Made by a program: the position numbers and the translations under genes. From an uncultured Gammaproteobacteria bacterium (GTDB lineage Bacteria; Patescibacteriota; Patescibacteriia; UBA9934; GWF2-40-263), in assembly GCA_964538435.1 (NCBI GenBank), contig CAZIDX010000002.1, forward strand, positions 117,930 to 181,929: a stretch of DNA of 64,000 nucleotides. Direction: 5' to 3'. Below are positions 37,869-48,160 of the stretch, piece after piece; position 1 is the stretch's first letter, and each line of letters starts with the position of its first letter. A model generated the notes under the pieces. It searched no databases and had not been told where the DNA came from. It saw only the letters and a list, made by a program, of their open reading frames with translations.

Positions 37869-39068
37869 TTATACCAGGCTTCTGAGAATTTCCCAGGTCT
37901 GCTCAGCGGTTTTCTCCCAAGAGAACTGTTTGACCCTTTCAGACCCTTTACGCGCAAGCTCATCTCGAAGCGTTCCTTCATGCGCAAGCTTCTTCATTGC
38001 TTGCCCCCAAGCCTCAGGTTCCTTTGGTGAAGCAAACAAGGCTGCATCCCCACACACTTCTCTGTGCGGAGGAATATCTGAAGTAATAAGCGGCGTGCCA
38101 CAGGCCATGGCTTCTAGATTGGGCAAACCAAATCCCTCATACCAAGACGGGAACAAAAACGCCATTGCATGACTCATGAGAGCCGCCACCTCTTTGTCTG
38201 AGCGGTACCCAAGCAAACGAATCTGATCACGCACAGAAGAATGCTCAAGATGCTGCTTAAGCTCCTCTGCTCCGTACCCTGGCGTCCCAACCAAAACGAG
38301 CTCAAACGGATCACCGTGTCCACGATCAGCTTTAAAAAGCTCAAACGCACGAATAAGACTTGAAACATTTTTTTTCTTTTCCAGACGACCTACAAACAAA
38401 AAGTAGTTCGCTCCAATGCGATGTCTTTGAAGCAGTGGTCGAGCCTCCTCCGCGCTCACAGGCCGATACACTGTTGTGTCAGCCGCAAGCGGAGTCACAA
38501 AAATCTCTTCCGCTGGAACCTTGTATACATCAATCAGCTCCTGCTTTGTAAACTCAGACGGAACAATATACCGCTGAGCTTTTTTAATTGCTCGCTTTGT
38601 ATACGCAAGAAGTCTTCGCTTTGTCTTTGCATCAAACAAATCAGGTCGCCGATCCGCTGCAATGTCATGAATCGTTGTGACCGTCATCTTTGGGCCAAAC
38701 ATAGGGAGCCCTTGCGCAGGCACAAACAAAACATTTGGCTTATTGCGAAGCATCTCCAAGCTCATCCGCCCCTTCATCCAAGCCCGTTCAAGCGGCCATG
38801 AGAGCACGGTTGGTTGCCAGGTTAAAACCGGGGCATCGAGCTCGTCTGCAAGTATGGATGGTGAATACAAAAGCACGCGCTCATTCGGCTGAAGATTGTT
38901 TGCAATCTCAGACGAATCTCCCCCGAACGCGCGTGGTTTCATTGCTCTGAGCAAATGGCGTGAGTAATTCTCAACACCGGTTCGCTCTCCCTTATTTGCA
39001 GACGATGCATCAATACCGTAAACAACCTCGCCTGTCTGACGTTTTAAAAGATTCAAATTGTCGTCCAT
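37869..39068 (-). CDS. Glycosyltransferase family 4 (GT-B)
   Basis: TGVENY, TIHD, FLFVGRLEKKKN, FPSWYEGFGLPNLEAMACGTP. Confidence 0.95.
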   Translation of the reverse strand: MDDNLNLLKRQTGEVVYGIDASSANKGERTGVENYSRHLLRAMKPRAFGGDSSEIANNLQPNERVLLYSPSILADELDAPVLTWQPTVLSWPLERAWMKGRMSLEMLRNKPNVLFVPAQGLPMFGPKMTVTTIHDIAADRRPDLFDAKTKRRLLAYTKRAIKKAQRYIVPSEFTKQELIDVYKVPAEEIFVTPLAADTTVYRPVSAEEARPLLQRHRIGANYFLFVGRLEKKKNVSSLIRAFELFKADRGHGDPFELVLVGTPGYGAEELKQHLEHSSVRDQIRLLGYRSDKEVAALMSHAMAFLFPSWYEGFGLPNLEAMACGTPLITSDIPPHREVCGDAALFASPKEPEAWGQAMKKLAHEGTLRDELARKGSERVKQFSWEKTAEQTWEILRSLV

Positions 39069-39070
39069 AT

Positions 39071-40075
39071 CTAGCTGGTGAAAATCGAGCGTTTGTAAGC
39101 TTCGAGGTTCTCCAATGCGATTCCTGTCCCCTTGGCCACACATTGCTGCGGGTCCTCTGCCAAAAATGTTGGCACACCCGTTGCCTCTGCAATGAGTGTA
39201 TCAAGATTTCGAAGTTGAGACGACCCACCTGAGAGCACAATTCCCTTGTCCATCACATCTGCAGACAATTCTGGCGGTGTTTTGTGCAGAACTTCCTTAA
39301 CAGTGTTAATAATCCCCTCAAGCTCATCTTGGATGGCCTCTGTCACATCATCACTCGACACCTCAATCACTTTAGGAAGTCCATTCACCATGTCACGACC
39401 TTTCACTTCCATTGAAAGTTTATCTGGTAAGTACATCGCAGCTCCAATCTGAATCTTAATATCCTCAGAAGTACGCTCACCAATCGCAAGCCCGTACTTT
39501 CTGCGAATGTGCTCACTAATAGCACTATCGAACTTCACACCGCCAATACGCACAGACTCAGATGCCACAATTCCCCCAAGCGAGATCACAGCCATCTCAG
39601 CCGTTCCCCCACCAATATCAATGATCATGTGACCCGATGGCGAACCAATCGGAATATTCGCCCCAATCGCCGCCACAATAGGCTCTTTAATGATATATGC
39701 CGCCTTAGCTCCCGCAGCAAGCGTCGCATCAATCACCGCACGTCGTTCTGTTGAAGTGATACCTCCAGGAACAGCCACCATAACCTCAGGCCTAAAAATA
39801 CGAATTCCTCCAAGAGCCTTGTTGATGAAGTATCGAAGCATGGCTTCTGTTGTCCTGTAGTCAGCAATCACACCATCCTTAAGCGGCCGGCGAGCCACAA
39901 TCGTATCAGGCGTACGCCCAAGCATGTCCTTTGCCTCCTTTCCAACAGCAAGCACTTTTTTATCTGTATACGAAACAGCAACAACAGAAGGTTCATGAAT
40001 AATAATACCTCGTTTAGGAAGGTAAACGAGGACAGTGGTGGTTCCAAGATCAATTCCAATTTTCTTTTGAAACAT
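39071..40075 (-). CDS. mreB: Rod shape-determining protein MreB/Mbl
   Basis: IGIDLGT, EPSVVA, RPLKDGVIAD, IDIGGGT, TPPELSAD. Confidence 0.97.
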   Translation of the reverse strand: MFQKKIGIDLGTTTVLVYLPKRGIIIHEPSVVAVSYTDKKVLAVGKEAKDMLGRTPDTIVARRPLKDGVIADYRTTEAMLRYFINKALGGIRIFRPEVMVAVPGGITSTERRAVIDATLAAGAKAAYIIKEPIVAAIGANIPIGSPSGHMIIDIGGGTAEMAVISLGGIVASESVRIGGVKFDSAISEHIRRKYGLAIGERTSEDIKIQIGAAMYLPDKLSMEVKGRDMVNGLPKVIEVSSDDVTEAIQDELEGIINTVKEVLHKTPPELSADVMDKGIVLSGGSSQLRNLDTLIAEATGVPTFLAEDPQQCVAKGTGIALENLEAYKRSIFTS

Positions 40076-40132
40076 AGGAGGGCCTCACAGGCTTCATCTA
40101 ACGAACATATAAAAGTTTGGCTCCCCCTAGCC

Positions 40133-42157
40133 TTACAGGTCAATCTCGAAAACGAGATCCTGATCCAAAATTGTGTTCAGCTCGTACGTGTCATCTCCCC
40201 ACTGACCATCATCCTCTGCTGGGGTTGCGTGCGTGACATTTTTATCAAAATCAAGCTCAAGCGTCAACGAGTGATCACGGCTTCCAATCTGTTTAAACAC
40301 GCTCAAATTATAGCTATTTTCCACAATTGACTCAACAACCTCATCAGAAAGCTTGTAGTCAAACACAAGCTCACCTGTGGACAACGGCTCAATTGAGATA
40401 AACGCACCAAACACACTCATACCAAGCTCATCATACTCATCAACAGGCCCTGCACTCCCGCTTGGATTCTTAATAATGTCGTCAAGCATAGCCCCTTGAA
40501 CACTAATAAGCTCCGACCCAAACGGAACATAGAGTCGTGTGTATGTGCGGTACCGAGTCGTCTTCCAATCAAACCCCTTCATGTGATCATAACGCACGGT
40601 TGTTCGCCCAACCCACTCTCCAGTCTGACTACGCCCAAGCTGGTACGTGATCGTTCGGTCAACAGCAGGATCCGATTTTAAACTCGCCAAGTTCGCATCC
40701 ACCACCATCTGTACATCAGCAGTCTGCGGCAACACGCGCCCTCCCCAACCAACATCAGTAAAAAGCTGCTCAAGCTCCTGATCAGTGCTATAAAACACAA
40801 GTTGTTTATTCAAGAGCGCTTCTTCTGAAACCCGAAGCACCTCACCCCAATCTTCTACAGGCAATGCAAAAAGTTTTTTCTTTGCCTCATTCACAAGATC
40901 AGCAAGGATCTCTTTGCGCTGCTGCTCTGGAATCCCTTCTGACTTATACCCAAACTGAACCTGATACTCAATCATGTCTGGGATGTTTTCATGAGTAAAC
41001 GTCTGACCACCAGCCACAATCGGCCCCGTGATCTCAAGCAGCTTTGATGCATATGTAGGTGTCATCGCAATCACTCCATCAACCCTGCTCGCAACCGGAA
41101 CAGCTTCTCGCTCTTGCTCATCAAGTAAACTCACCTCATCCAAGAACCTTTCAATTGCCTTCACGCTACTCGAAGCAAAATCCGGAGACCAGTTGCTGTC
41201 GCGAAAGAACCATTTTGTTGTTGCGTTGTAACGCTGAAACGGAACCGGAGCAACCTGATCAAGATCATCAGCCACAGCATTATCAAGCGCATACACATCA
41301 ACCGTCTCAAGATGAGAAATATCACCATTTAACGTCTCAAGGACTCCATAAGACCCAATAAACCCCCCACCTGGACGAATTTCACTATTGTTCAAAAACA
41401 GAAGAAGGTTTGTCTTTGTCTCACCAATTCCAGCAACCTGAGGGATGATATTAGTAGCAACCGACACCATAGAGAGATACTCCTCAATCTTTTCAAGATC
41501 AACAAGCATGTCTGATGCCACATCATAAACAGGAAGCAAAAAGTCATTCGCAGCAAAAAGCAAAAGCTCGTCCTGAATAACACGAATGCGCTCAAGCACA
41601 AACTCCAAATCATCCGATGAAGCTGCCAGCCGCTCAAGAATCAAACGCTTCGTATCAGACGGCAACTCATCAAACGTCACACTCGGCTCAAGCCCAAGCT
41701 GCACATCCTTTAAATACTGCTCCGAAAGCCCTGCAAGCTGAATGACATCCTTGCTGATCTCAAGAAGCTCGCCAAAGGAATCTGTGATCTCTGCTGTTGC
41801 AAGAAAAAGTGTTGTTGCACTTGAAAGCGATTCTCCAATAAACGGAGCAAATGAAAGCGGACGAAGATACACAAGCCGGCGCTCAGCGCGATCAAACGAC
41901 GCTGACGCAAGCTCAATCTCTTCCTGTGCCTGCTCAAACGAAAGATCAACAGCAGCATCTCGTGCATTAAGCAGATGATCACGCCCATCCACAATCTCGG
42001 CCGCAGCCTGCACGCCAAGCACTACTGCAAAAGCCCCGTACACCACTGCCACAATAAACAACAAAAGAAAGAACCGTTTGATGTTCTTCCAGCGCGCTTG
42101 TTTATGTTGCTGCTCAGCTGGCTCCATCCGGTGAATGAATGCTTCGCTGTGTGACAT
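40133..42157 (-). CDS. DUF4012-type membrane-anchored protein
   Basis: LLLFLNNSEIRPGGGFIGSY, RDSNWSPDF, VDGVIA. Confidence 0.85.
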   Translation of the reverse strand: MSHSEAFIHRMEPAEQQHKQARWKNIKRFFLLLFIVAVVYGAFAVVLGVQAAAEIVDGRDHLLNARDAAVDLSFEQAQEEIELASASFDRAERRLVYLRPLSFAPFIGESLSSATTLFLATAEITDSFGELLEISKDVIQLAGLSEQYLKDVQLGLEPSVTFDELPSDTKRLILERLAASSDDLEFVLERIRVIQDELLLFAANDFLLPVYDVASDMLVDLEKIEEYLSMVSVATNIIPQVAGIGETKTNLLLFLNNSEIRPGGGFIGSYGVLETLNGDISHLETVDVYALDNAVADDLDQVAPVPFQRYNATTKWFFRDSNWSPDFASSSVKAIERFLDEVSLLDEQEREAVPVASRVDGVIAMTPTYASKLLEITGPIVAGGQTFTHENIPDMIEYQVQFGYKSEGIPEQQRKEILADLVNEAKKKLFALPVEDWGEVLRVSEEALLNKQLVFYSTDQELEQLFTDVGWGGRVLPQTADVQMVVDANLASLKSDPAVDRTITYQLGRSQTGEWVGRTTVRYDHMKGFDWKTTRYRTYTRLYVPFGSELISVQGAMLDDIIKNPSGSAGPVDEYDELGMSVFGAFISIEPLSTGELVFDYKLSDEVVESIVENSYNLSVFKQIGSRDHSLTLELDFDKNVTHATPAEDDGQWGDDTYELNTILDQDLVFEIDL

Positions 42158-42168
42158 AACCCCCGTTG

Positions 42169-42981
42169 TTATGACGAGCGTGGATGAGACTCGTCTTTAT
42201 ACTTCTTATAGTAGTATACCGCACTTTGAATCTGAATTCGGGTAAGCGGATTGAAAAGCTGTTTCACAAATCCCCCCTCAGCTGTTTCACGCCTGTGGTA
42301 ATGAATAAGTTCAGTCTCAGGATGATAAACAACTCTCCACCCCTTTTTCCAAAAACGACGACACAAATCCTGATCTTCAAAATACACAAAAAACTCAGGA
42401 TCAAATCCACCAACCTGCTCAAGAGCCTTCCGTCTAATAAACATAGCGGCCCCAAGCAAGTAATCAACATCCTGAGTCTGGGTGTGATCCATATCCACCA
42501 TCATGTATTCACGCACTTGCGCTTTGGCAAACCCAAACCACCTAAGCACAGGAACTCGACGATAAAGAATCACGCTTGGTTTCATGAATCGATAGCAACT
42601 ATGCTGAAGCGAACCATCTGGATGACTCAGACGTGGCCCAACCATCCCAACATCCTCATGCGTGTCCATATACTCTGTTAGCCTCTCAAGAACACCGGGC
42701 TGCATGACAATATCTGGATTAAACACGAAAAGATATCGGCCTGTAGCTTTTTCAATTGCCTTATTCATTCCACGCCCAAACCCTTCGTTGCACTGGTTCA
42801 CAATAAGTTTCACATGTGGAAACTCTTGCTCTACCATCTCAGCCACTCGCTGCTTTGGATTGTTATCCACCACAATAACCTCATGACTGACATGAGGTGC
42901 AACACGCTCTATCCCCTTAAGTGTCTGACGCAAAAGACGAGGAGTGTTGTAGTGAACAATCAAAATGGAAACATCTTTCAT
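42169..42981 (-). CDS. Glycosyltransferase family 2
   Basis: SILIVHYN, VVDN, NPD, YFEDQDLCRR. Confidence 0.93.
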   Translation of the reverse strand: MKDVSILIVHYNTPRLLRQTLKGIERVAPHVSHEVIVVDNNPKQRVAEMVEQEFPHVKLIVNQCNEGFGRGMNKAIEKATGRYLFVFNPDIVMQPGVLERLTEYMDTHEDVGMVGPRLSHPDGSLQHSCYRFMKPSVILYRRVPVLRWFGFAKAQVREYMMVDMDHTQTQDVDYLLGAAMFIRRKALEQVGGFDPEFFVYFEDQDLCRRFWKKGWRVVYHPETELIHYHRRETAEGGFVKQLFNPLTRIQIQSAVYYYKKYKDESHPRSS

Positions 42982-44045
42982 ACAAACCATTTACGCACTT
43001 CACGTGCGCGCACCTTTGCCTCACCAAGATTCAGTCTTCGCTTACGAATCATGGCTGGTGCAAGCAAAATCGTATCAATTAAACATTTAAGCGAGCTTGG
43101 TTCAAGAAGCGCAATGTAGACCATTCGCGCAATCTCGTAAAGAACAATGCGAGGGAAAGCAAGAACCGCACTCGAGACACGTAAATTCTTGATCATCATG
43201 AGCCAATGATTGCGTGTAGAGTAATAATTCCTTTTCGATGACTTGCGTCGCCTATTCCTGATTCGAGAAAACATCCCCCCCGCTTCTTTGCCATACATGC
43301 CTCGATAGTGATGCGCAATCGCATGCGGAATAAATCGAGACTCCCAGCCAGCATGCTGAAGACGCCATGCCATATCCACATCTTCCTTGTAGGCAAAAAA
43401 GTCATGATCATAAAACTCATCGTTGTAGCGCACAGACTCAAGCGCGCTCAGCCGGTAGAGCACGCAAGCTCCTGAAATCCCAAATACTTCTGTCTGCCCA
43501 TCATACTGCCCATCATCCCTCTCTCCTGCCCCGCGATCTGTCACTGTTCTATTCTTGTGAGGATTAAGACCTGTTGAGTCGATAAGATCCGAATGCACCG
43601 TCTCCATCAAAACTTCGTCTGCCAAATTCTCACCGAATGCCCTCAAAAGCTTTCCACCAAACGAACCAATATTCTTTGGCCCAACATGCACGCCACGCAT
43701 AAGCTCCTCCAAAAATGTTTCACTCATCAAGATATCTGGATTGCACACAAGTACAAACCGATCATCAAGATCTTCTTTTGCGCAATGATCCACCACAAGC
43801 CTGATCCCCTGATTGTGAGCATCGCAAAAACCCAAATTGCGCTGATTACGCAAAAACGCAACCTGCGGATAAGCTTCACGCAAAAACGCCTCAATGCCAT
43901 CTGTAGAAGCATTGTCGATTACACGCACAACAAAATCCTGATAAGTTTGCTTGAAAATCGTCTCAAGTAAATCCGGCAGGAACTTCATGGAGTTCCATGT
44001 CACAATATTGATAGAAACGACAGGTTGCTGTGTTTGATGTTGCAT
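42978..44045 (-). CDS. Glycosyltransferase family 2
   Basis: IVTWNS, IDNASTDG, NPD, YKEDVDMAWR. Confidence 0.93.
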   Translation of the reverse strand: MQHQTQQPVVSINIVTWNSMKFLPDLLETIFKQTYQDFVVRVIDNASTDGIEAFLREAYPQVAFLRNQRNLGFCDAHNQGIRLVVDHCAKEDLDDRFVLVCNPDILMSETFLEELMRGVHVGPKNIGSFGGKLLRAFGENLADEVLMETVHSDLIDSTGLNPHKNRTVTDRGAGERDDGQYDGQTEVFGISGACVLYRLSALESVRYNDEFYDHDFFAYKEDVDMAWRLQHAGWESRFIPHAIAHHYRGMYGKEAGGMFSRIRNRRRKSSKRNYYSTRNHWLMMIKNLRVSSAVLAFPRIVLYEIARMVYIALLEPSSLKCLIDTILLAPAMIRKRRLNLGEAKVRAREVRKWFV

Positions 44046-44108
44046 AAGTTTTCAATCCCCCCTATGGTAAGCAATAGAAGGAAGGAATACAACTATTGAT
44101 CGATATTT

Positions 44109-44822
44109 ATGGAGTTACAACGCCCAAAAATTGGAATTGGTGTTCTCGTCTTAAAAGACAATAAAATTCTTGTTGGAAAACGCATTGGCGCGCACGGCAC
44201 TGACACCTGGGCGCTTCCAGGAGGTCACCTTGAGCTCAATGAAACATGGGAGGCCTGCGCACAACGAGAAGTTTACGAAGAAACCGGCATTGAGATTAAA
44301 AACATTCGCTTTGCTTGCGCAACAAACGACATTCACAAAGACGAATCCAAGCATTACATCACCCTCTTCATGATCTCAGACCATTCAGCTGGAACAGTTA
44401 CAAACAAGGAGCCAAAAAAGTGCAGTGGTTGGGAATGGCTCAAATGGGAATCTCTCCCTGAACCAAGATTCAAACCCTTGGACACCATCATTCGCCAAGG
44501 CTACCATCCGCTTCGAAAAAAACACGACAAACTTGTCCGCGATAAGATCGTTGAAATCATTGAATCAAACGGTGAAAAAGCAACTTGGTACAAAGCCAGC
44601 AAAGAAGAATATCGAGAGCGGCTTCAAACAAAACTTGTAGAAGAAGTGCTCGAATACCTTGAAAGCAAAGACATTGAAGAGCTTGCGGACATCAAAGAGG
44701 TTATTCATTCACTTCACGCTCTTGATGGTGTACCGCGCGAACAACTTGAACTCATTCAAAAAGAAAAGCGCGACAAGCGCGGTGGTTTTCAAGATCGCAT
44801 CATCCTCAAAGAAACAATGTAG
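44109..44822 (+). CDS. NUDIX hydrolase fused to a MazG/HisE-like all-alpha NTP pyrophosphatase domain
   Basis: GGHLE..ETWEACAQREVYEETG; C-terminal KLVRDKI...KLVEEV.E...EELAD...KRGGF. Confidence 0.85.
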   Translation: MELQRPKIGIGVLVLKDNKILVGKRIGAHGTDTWALPGGHLELNETWEACAQREVYEETGIEIKNIRFACATNDIHKDESKHYITLFMISDHSAGTVTNKEPKKCSGWEWLKWESLPEPRFKPLDTIIRQGYHPLRKKHDKLVRDKIVEIIESNGEKATWYKASKEEYRERLQTKLVEEVLEYLESKDIEELADIKEVIHSLHALDGVPREQLELIQKEKRDKRGGFQDRIILKETM

Positions 44823-46310
44823 CTACTTGCGAACTTTCTTTGTAACATGAAACCCAAGGTACTTTCCTGTCATTAAACGTGTTTGCGCATCAACCGCTGG
44901 AAATGAACCGAACACAATAAACGTAATCGGAAGAAGAGCCCACTGCAGCAGCATGACTGCCCAAGTGTGCTTTTTTATTTGCTTTGGTCTTCGAGGCAAA
45001 AGCGTAAGCGACATCACGGCTGAGATAAAAATACCGATCATAGCAAGCTGCATGAGTAGCTCAAGCGTAAACGGCGCAGCTTGCACAAGCGCCTCAGCCT
45101 GACCCTTTGCCACAATCAAAGGAAACCAACCAAGAAGAAACATGATCACTGGAGCTGTTGCCCAAGTAAACATACCTTCAACATGATTAAAGAAATACTG
45201 AAACTTCTTGCGCCTCGGTATCTTTTTGTCACGCGAAAATCCATCAACCAAAAACGGAAGGTGCTCCACTCCCCAGGCCCAGCGCCTCATCTGCACATAA
45301 AGCGCCTTAAGCGAATTCCAATACCCTTCTCCTGTAACAGCATCCATTGAAACCGGTAGGTAGAGCGGCTCCACTCGGTAATCCCCGTGATAATGTAAAA
45401 ACGCTTGCATGAAAATTCGAGAGTCCTCACTCACAATATCCTTCTGCCAAAAACCAACATCCTTAAGCATGGTCCACGGCATGGAGTGAGATGAGAACGT
45501 CCAAAGCCGATCAGGACGAGCTAGCTCCCCAAAAAGCCAAAAGGTTGTTCCAAACGCACCAACACGCACAGGAGCTTTTGCTGACCAAATGTTATTTGAA
45601 AAAAGAGCAATCGGTTGATACGAAGCTCGCAGCGGATTCTCTACCGTGCAAAACTGATGGGTTAGGTAAGAAAAATACTGAGGATGCGCAATTGTATCCA
45701 CATCAAACGCTGAAACCACATATTGCTCATCTTTTATGTCTGGGTACCTCTCTTCAAGAACCTTTGCCACATGATTCCCCATCCAGTTCAAATTGGACCC
45801 CTTGCCTTGAAGCTCTCCCTCAAGACCCTTTGGATGAAGTGTCCAAATAAACTCACAAAACACGTGACCGAACTCCTTTTCAGCACGATGAGCATTTTTT
45901 AAAAAATGCTCCTTATCCCCCTCCTCACCACCGAGCGCTACAACAACTCTCTTGTTTGGAAACGGATTATCTTTGATTGATCGTATGGTTGAGCGAATCA
46001 CCTCATACTCCTCTTTATAGGTAGGCAGAAAAACAATGTGATAGATCTGGTCTGCCCCTGTCACCTCAGAAAGCTTTGCCTGCCAATCAATTGAGCGTAC
46101 TCGACGGAGACGACTCCATGATTGAACAACAAATATATTGAAGTAGACCACGCGAAAAAGCCAAAGCAGATCAAACACAATAATAAACGCAATCGCCCAG
46201 ATTGGTTTTACAAACGTGAGAGTAATCGCCAGGAAAAATGTCCCCCAAACTAGAAGTCCGGGGAACATTTCCCAAAATCGCAATTGTCCGTAATGGTACG
46301 GCTTTTCCAT
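44823..46310 (-). CDS. Membrane glycosyltransferase family 2
   Basis: LPTYKE, GKGSN, FDVD, SEDSR, QMRRWAWG and TM helices. Confidence 0.88.
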   Translation of the reverse strand: MEKPYHYGQLRFWEMFPGLLVWGTFFLAITLTFVKPIWAIAFIIVFDLLWLFRVVYFNIFVVQSWSRLRRVRSIDWQAKLSEVTGADQIYHIVFLPTYKEEYEVIRSTIRSIKDNPFPNKRVVVALGGEEGDKEHFLKNAHRAEKEFGHVFCEFIWTLHPKGLEGELQGKGSNLNWMGNHVAKVLEERYPDIKDEQYVVSAFDVDTIAHPQYFSYLTHQFCTVENPLRASYQPIALFSNNIWSAKAPVRVGAFGTTFWLFGELARPDRLWTFSSHSMPWTMLKDVGFWQKDIVSEDSRIFMQAFLHYHGDYRVEPLYLPVSMDAVTGEGYWNSLKALYVQMRRWAWGVEHLPFLVDGFSRDKKIPRRKKFQYFFNHVEGMFTWATAPVIMFLLGWFPLIVAKGQAEALVQAAPFTLELLMQLAMIGIFISAVMSLTLLPRRPKQIKKHTWAVMLLQWALLPITFIVFGSFPAVDAQTRLMTGKYLGFHVTKKVRK

Positions 46311-46311
46311 G

Positions 46312-46992
46312 TTATCGCTCAGATGAAATATCTTTTTTGAGTCGATCAATGAGTCTTGATGCATGCTCCTTTCCACCAAGACCAAACGCAAGCCCTCCTC
46401 CAAGAGCAAGCATGGCAACAAGCCCCGTGAACAAAACATTAATAAGCTCCGGAGCAATCTGAAGTTGCACAAGTGCTGCCATGAATGAGAAAACGAGAAT
46501 AGCCCACTTTGCAATTCCTGAAAGGAATTTTGCTGATGCAAGCTTCGCAGCTTCTACAGCTGACTTCACAACACTTTGAACAAAATTTGCAAGCAGAATT
46601 CCAGCTAGCAAGATGATCACAGCAATAATCACATTTGGAATGAAGAGTACTACTTGCTCAAGGTACTCTGTCACCTGCCGCCAACCGAGAATGTCTGTAG
46701 CAGCAATAAGAGCAATAATAATGAAGAACCACTTCACAATCCACCCAAGCAAATGACCAATGTGAAGATGCACACCTGCGCGCTCAAATTGATTCTTAAT
46801 CTCAAGCTTCTTTGCAAGCTCATCAAGTCGCAGCACAGCCACAAGTTTTACAACAACAGATCTGAGAACAAGAGCAATGATGATCCCAAGAATGAACACG
46901 ATGATAGCACCAAGAACATTTGGAATATAAGCCACGATTGTGTCCCATAATTCCACCAAGGGACCCTGTAACACTTCTTGTGTAAAATTCAT
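46312..46992 (-). CDS. CmpX/MscS-type TM-helix repeat protein
   Basis: Repeated Y/FIPNV..A.I; AFGLGGK. Confidence 0.85.
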   Translation of the reverse strand: MNFTQEVLQGPLVELWDTIVAYIPNVLGAIIVFILGIIIALVLRSVVVKLVAVLRLDELAKKLEIKNQFERAGVHLHIGHLLGWIVKWFFIIIALIAATDILGWRQVTEYLEQVVLFIPNVIIAVIILLAGILLANFVQSVVKSAVEAAKLASAKFLSGIAKWAILVFSFMAALVQLQIAPELINVLFTGLVAMLALGGGLAFGLGGKEHASRLIDRLKKDISSER

Positions 46993-47084
46993 ATAAACGA
47001 TGGGTTAATTGTTATTCAATTCCCCCTATTAATAATTTGAGAGTACCACTTTCACCAAAGCGCTTCCATATCCACTATCCCCAC

Positions 47085-47483
47085 TTAAGAAGACTTTGCT
47101 TTTGTGATCTGCGGCGGACGATCATAAAAAGGCTGAGCCCAATGCTGCTCTTTCAAATCTAAATCCGATAGCTTTTCACAAAGCTCTGCAATCGTCTTCT
47201 TATCTGGATTCTCAATAGCATACACTGAAACCTCTTGTGTAAACGCAATTGCATTTGCAATCGTTATGCTCACCCGACTTGCCGTAAACGAGCCAGGGCC
47301 CGTAACCACATACACACCATCAATGTCGTTCAAAGATGCGTTGCTCTCGCAAAGCACCTGATCAACAGATTTCAAATGTTCTTCTGGACCTACATCAATC
47401 GTAGAGCAAAAAATAAGCTCTTCGTTCTCGAAGAGCCCAATTTCTAATTCTCGAATATCTTGTGAGCGAAGAAAGAGTCGCAT
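47085..47483 (-). CDS. tsaB: tRNA threonylcarbamoyladenosine biosynthesis protein TsaB (short form)
   Basis: VVTGPGSFTASR. Confidence 0.88.
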   Translation of the reverse strand: MRLFLRSQDIRELEIGLFENEELIFCSTIDVGPEEHLKSVDQVLCESNASLNDIDGVYVVTGPGSFTASRVSITIANAIAFTQEVSVYAIENPDKKTIAELCEKLSDLDLKEQHWAQPFYDRPPQITKAKSS

Positions 47484-47487
47484 AGCT

Positions 47488-48087
47488 CTAACTCATGTTA
47501 TCGATCATCACAACCTTTTCATTTCCTAAAATCGAAAGCAAAAACTTGTCAGCAACCTGCCTTCGATCAAGAAACTCTTCTCTTGGCATGAGCGTGTAGT
47601 TAATCTCGTACGGAAGCTCTGACTCAAACCTTGAAATAAGCTTGGCCAGATCCTTTGGTCCAATACTACCCACAATCAAAATGTCAGTAGGAATATCCTC
47701 TGCATCCACAAAACGTCCGGTAAATGCAAAATAGTCGATTTGTCCATTTGCACTAATTTCTTCCACAAATGTCTGTTTCAACAAAATTTGCACCTTTTGA
47801 AAGAGTGAACGAAGATCGTCATAAAGAATAAAATCCGTGTTCACTACAAAGTATTTCTTTTTATCTGAAAGAGCTTTGCTCTGACGCGGTTCGCCCTTTT
47901 TTTCTGAAATAAGCCCCATTTCCATGAGGTTTTTCAGCTCCCTCCTGACTGAATTGAGCTGCGCATCAATGCGCCTAGTAAGCTCTCGAACAAAGAAAGC
48001 CTCATTTGGGTGCTGCAAAAACAGTGCCATTAATCGCGCACGTGTCTTTGAACCAAACATCTGCTCAAGTTTGAAGGTTTTTTTCAT
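47488..48087 (-). CDS. wHTH protein with nucleotidyltransferase-like C-terminal domain
   Basis: FGSKTRARL...VRELTR..NSVRRELKNL; TDILIVG, EINYT. Confidence 0.8.
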   Translation of the reverse strand: MKKTFKLEQMFGSKTRARLMALFLQHPNEAFFVRELTRRIDAQLNSVRRELKNLMEMGLISEKKGEPRQSKALSDKKKYFVVNTDFILYDDLRSLFQKVQILLKQTFVEEISANGQIDYFAFTGRFVDAEDIPTDILIVGSIGPKDLAKLISRFESELPYEINYTLMPREEFLDRRQVADKFLLSILGNEKVVMIDNMS

Positions 48088-48160
48088 ATTTGGAAATTGG
48101 TTGCGTACCATCTGTATCCAGGTATAATGTACACAAATAGCATTTATTCGGCAAATTTCT

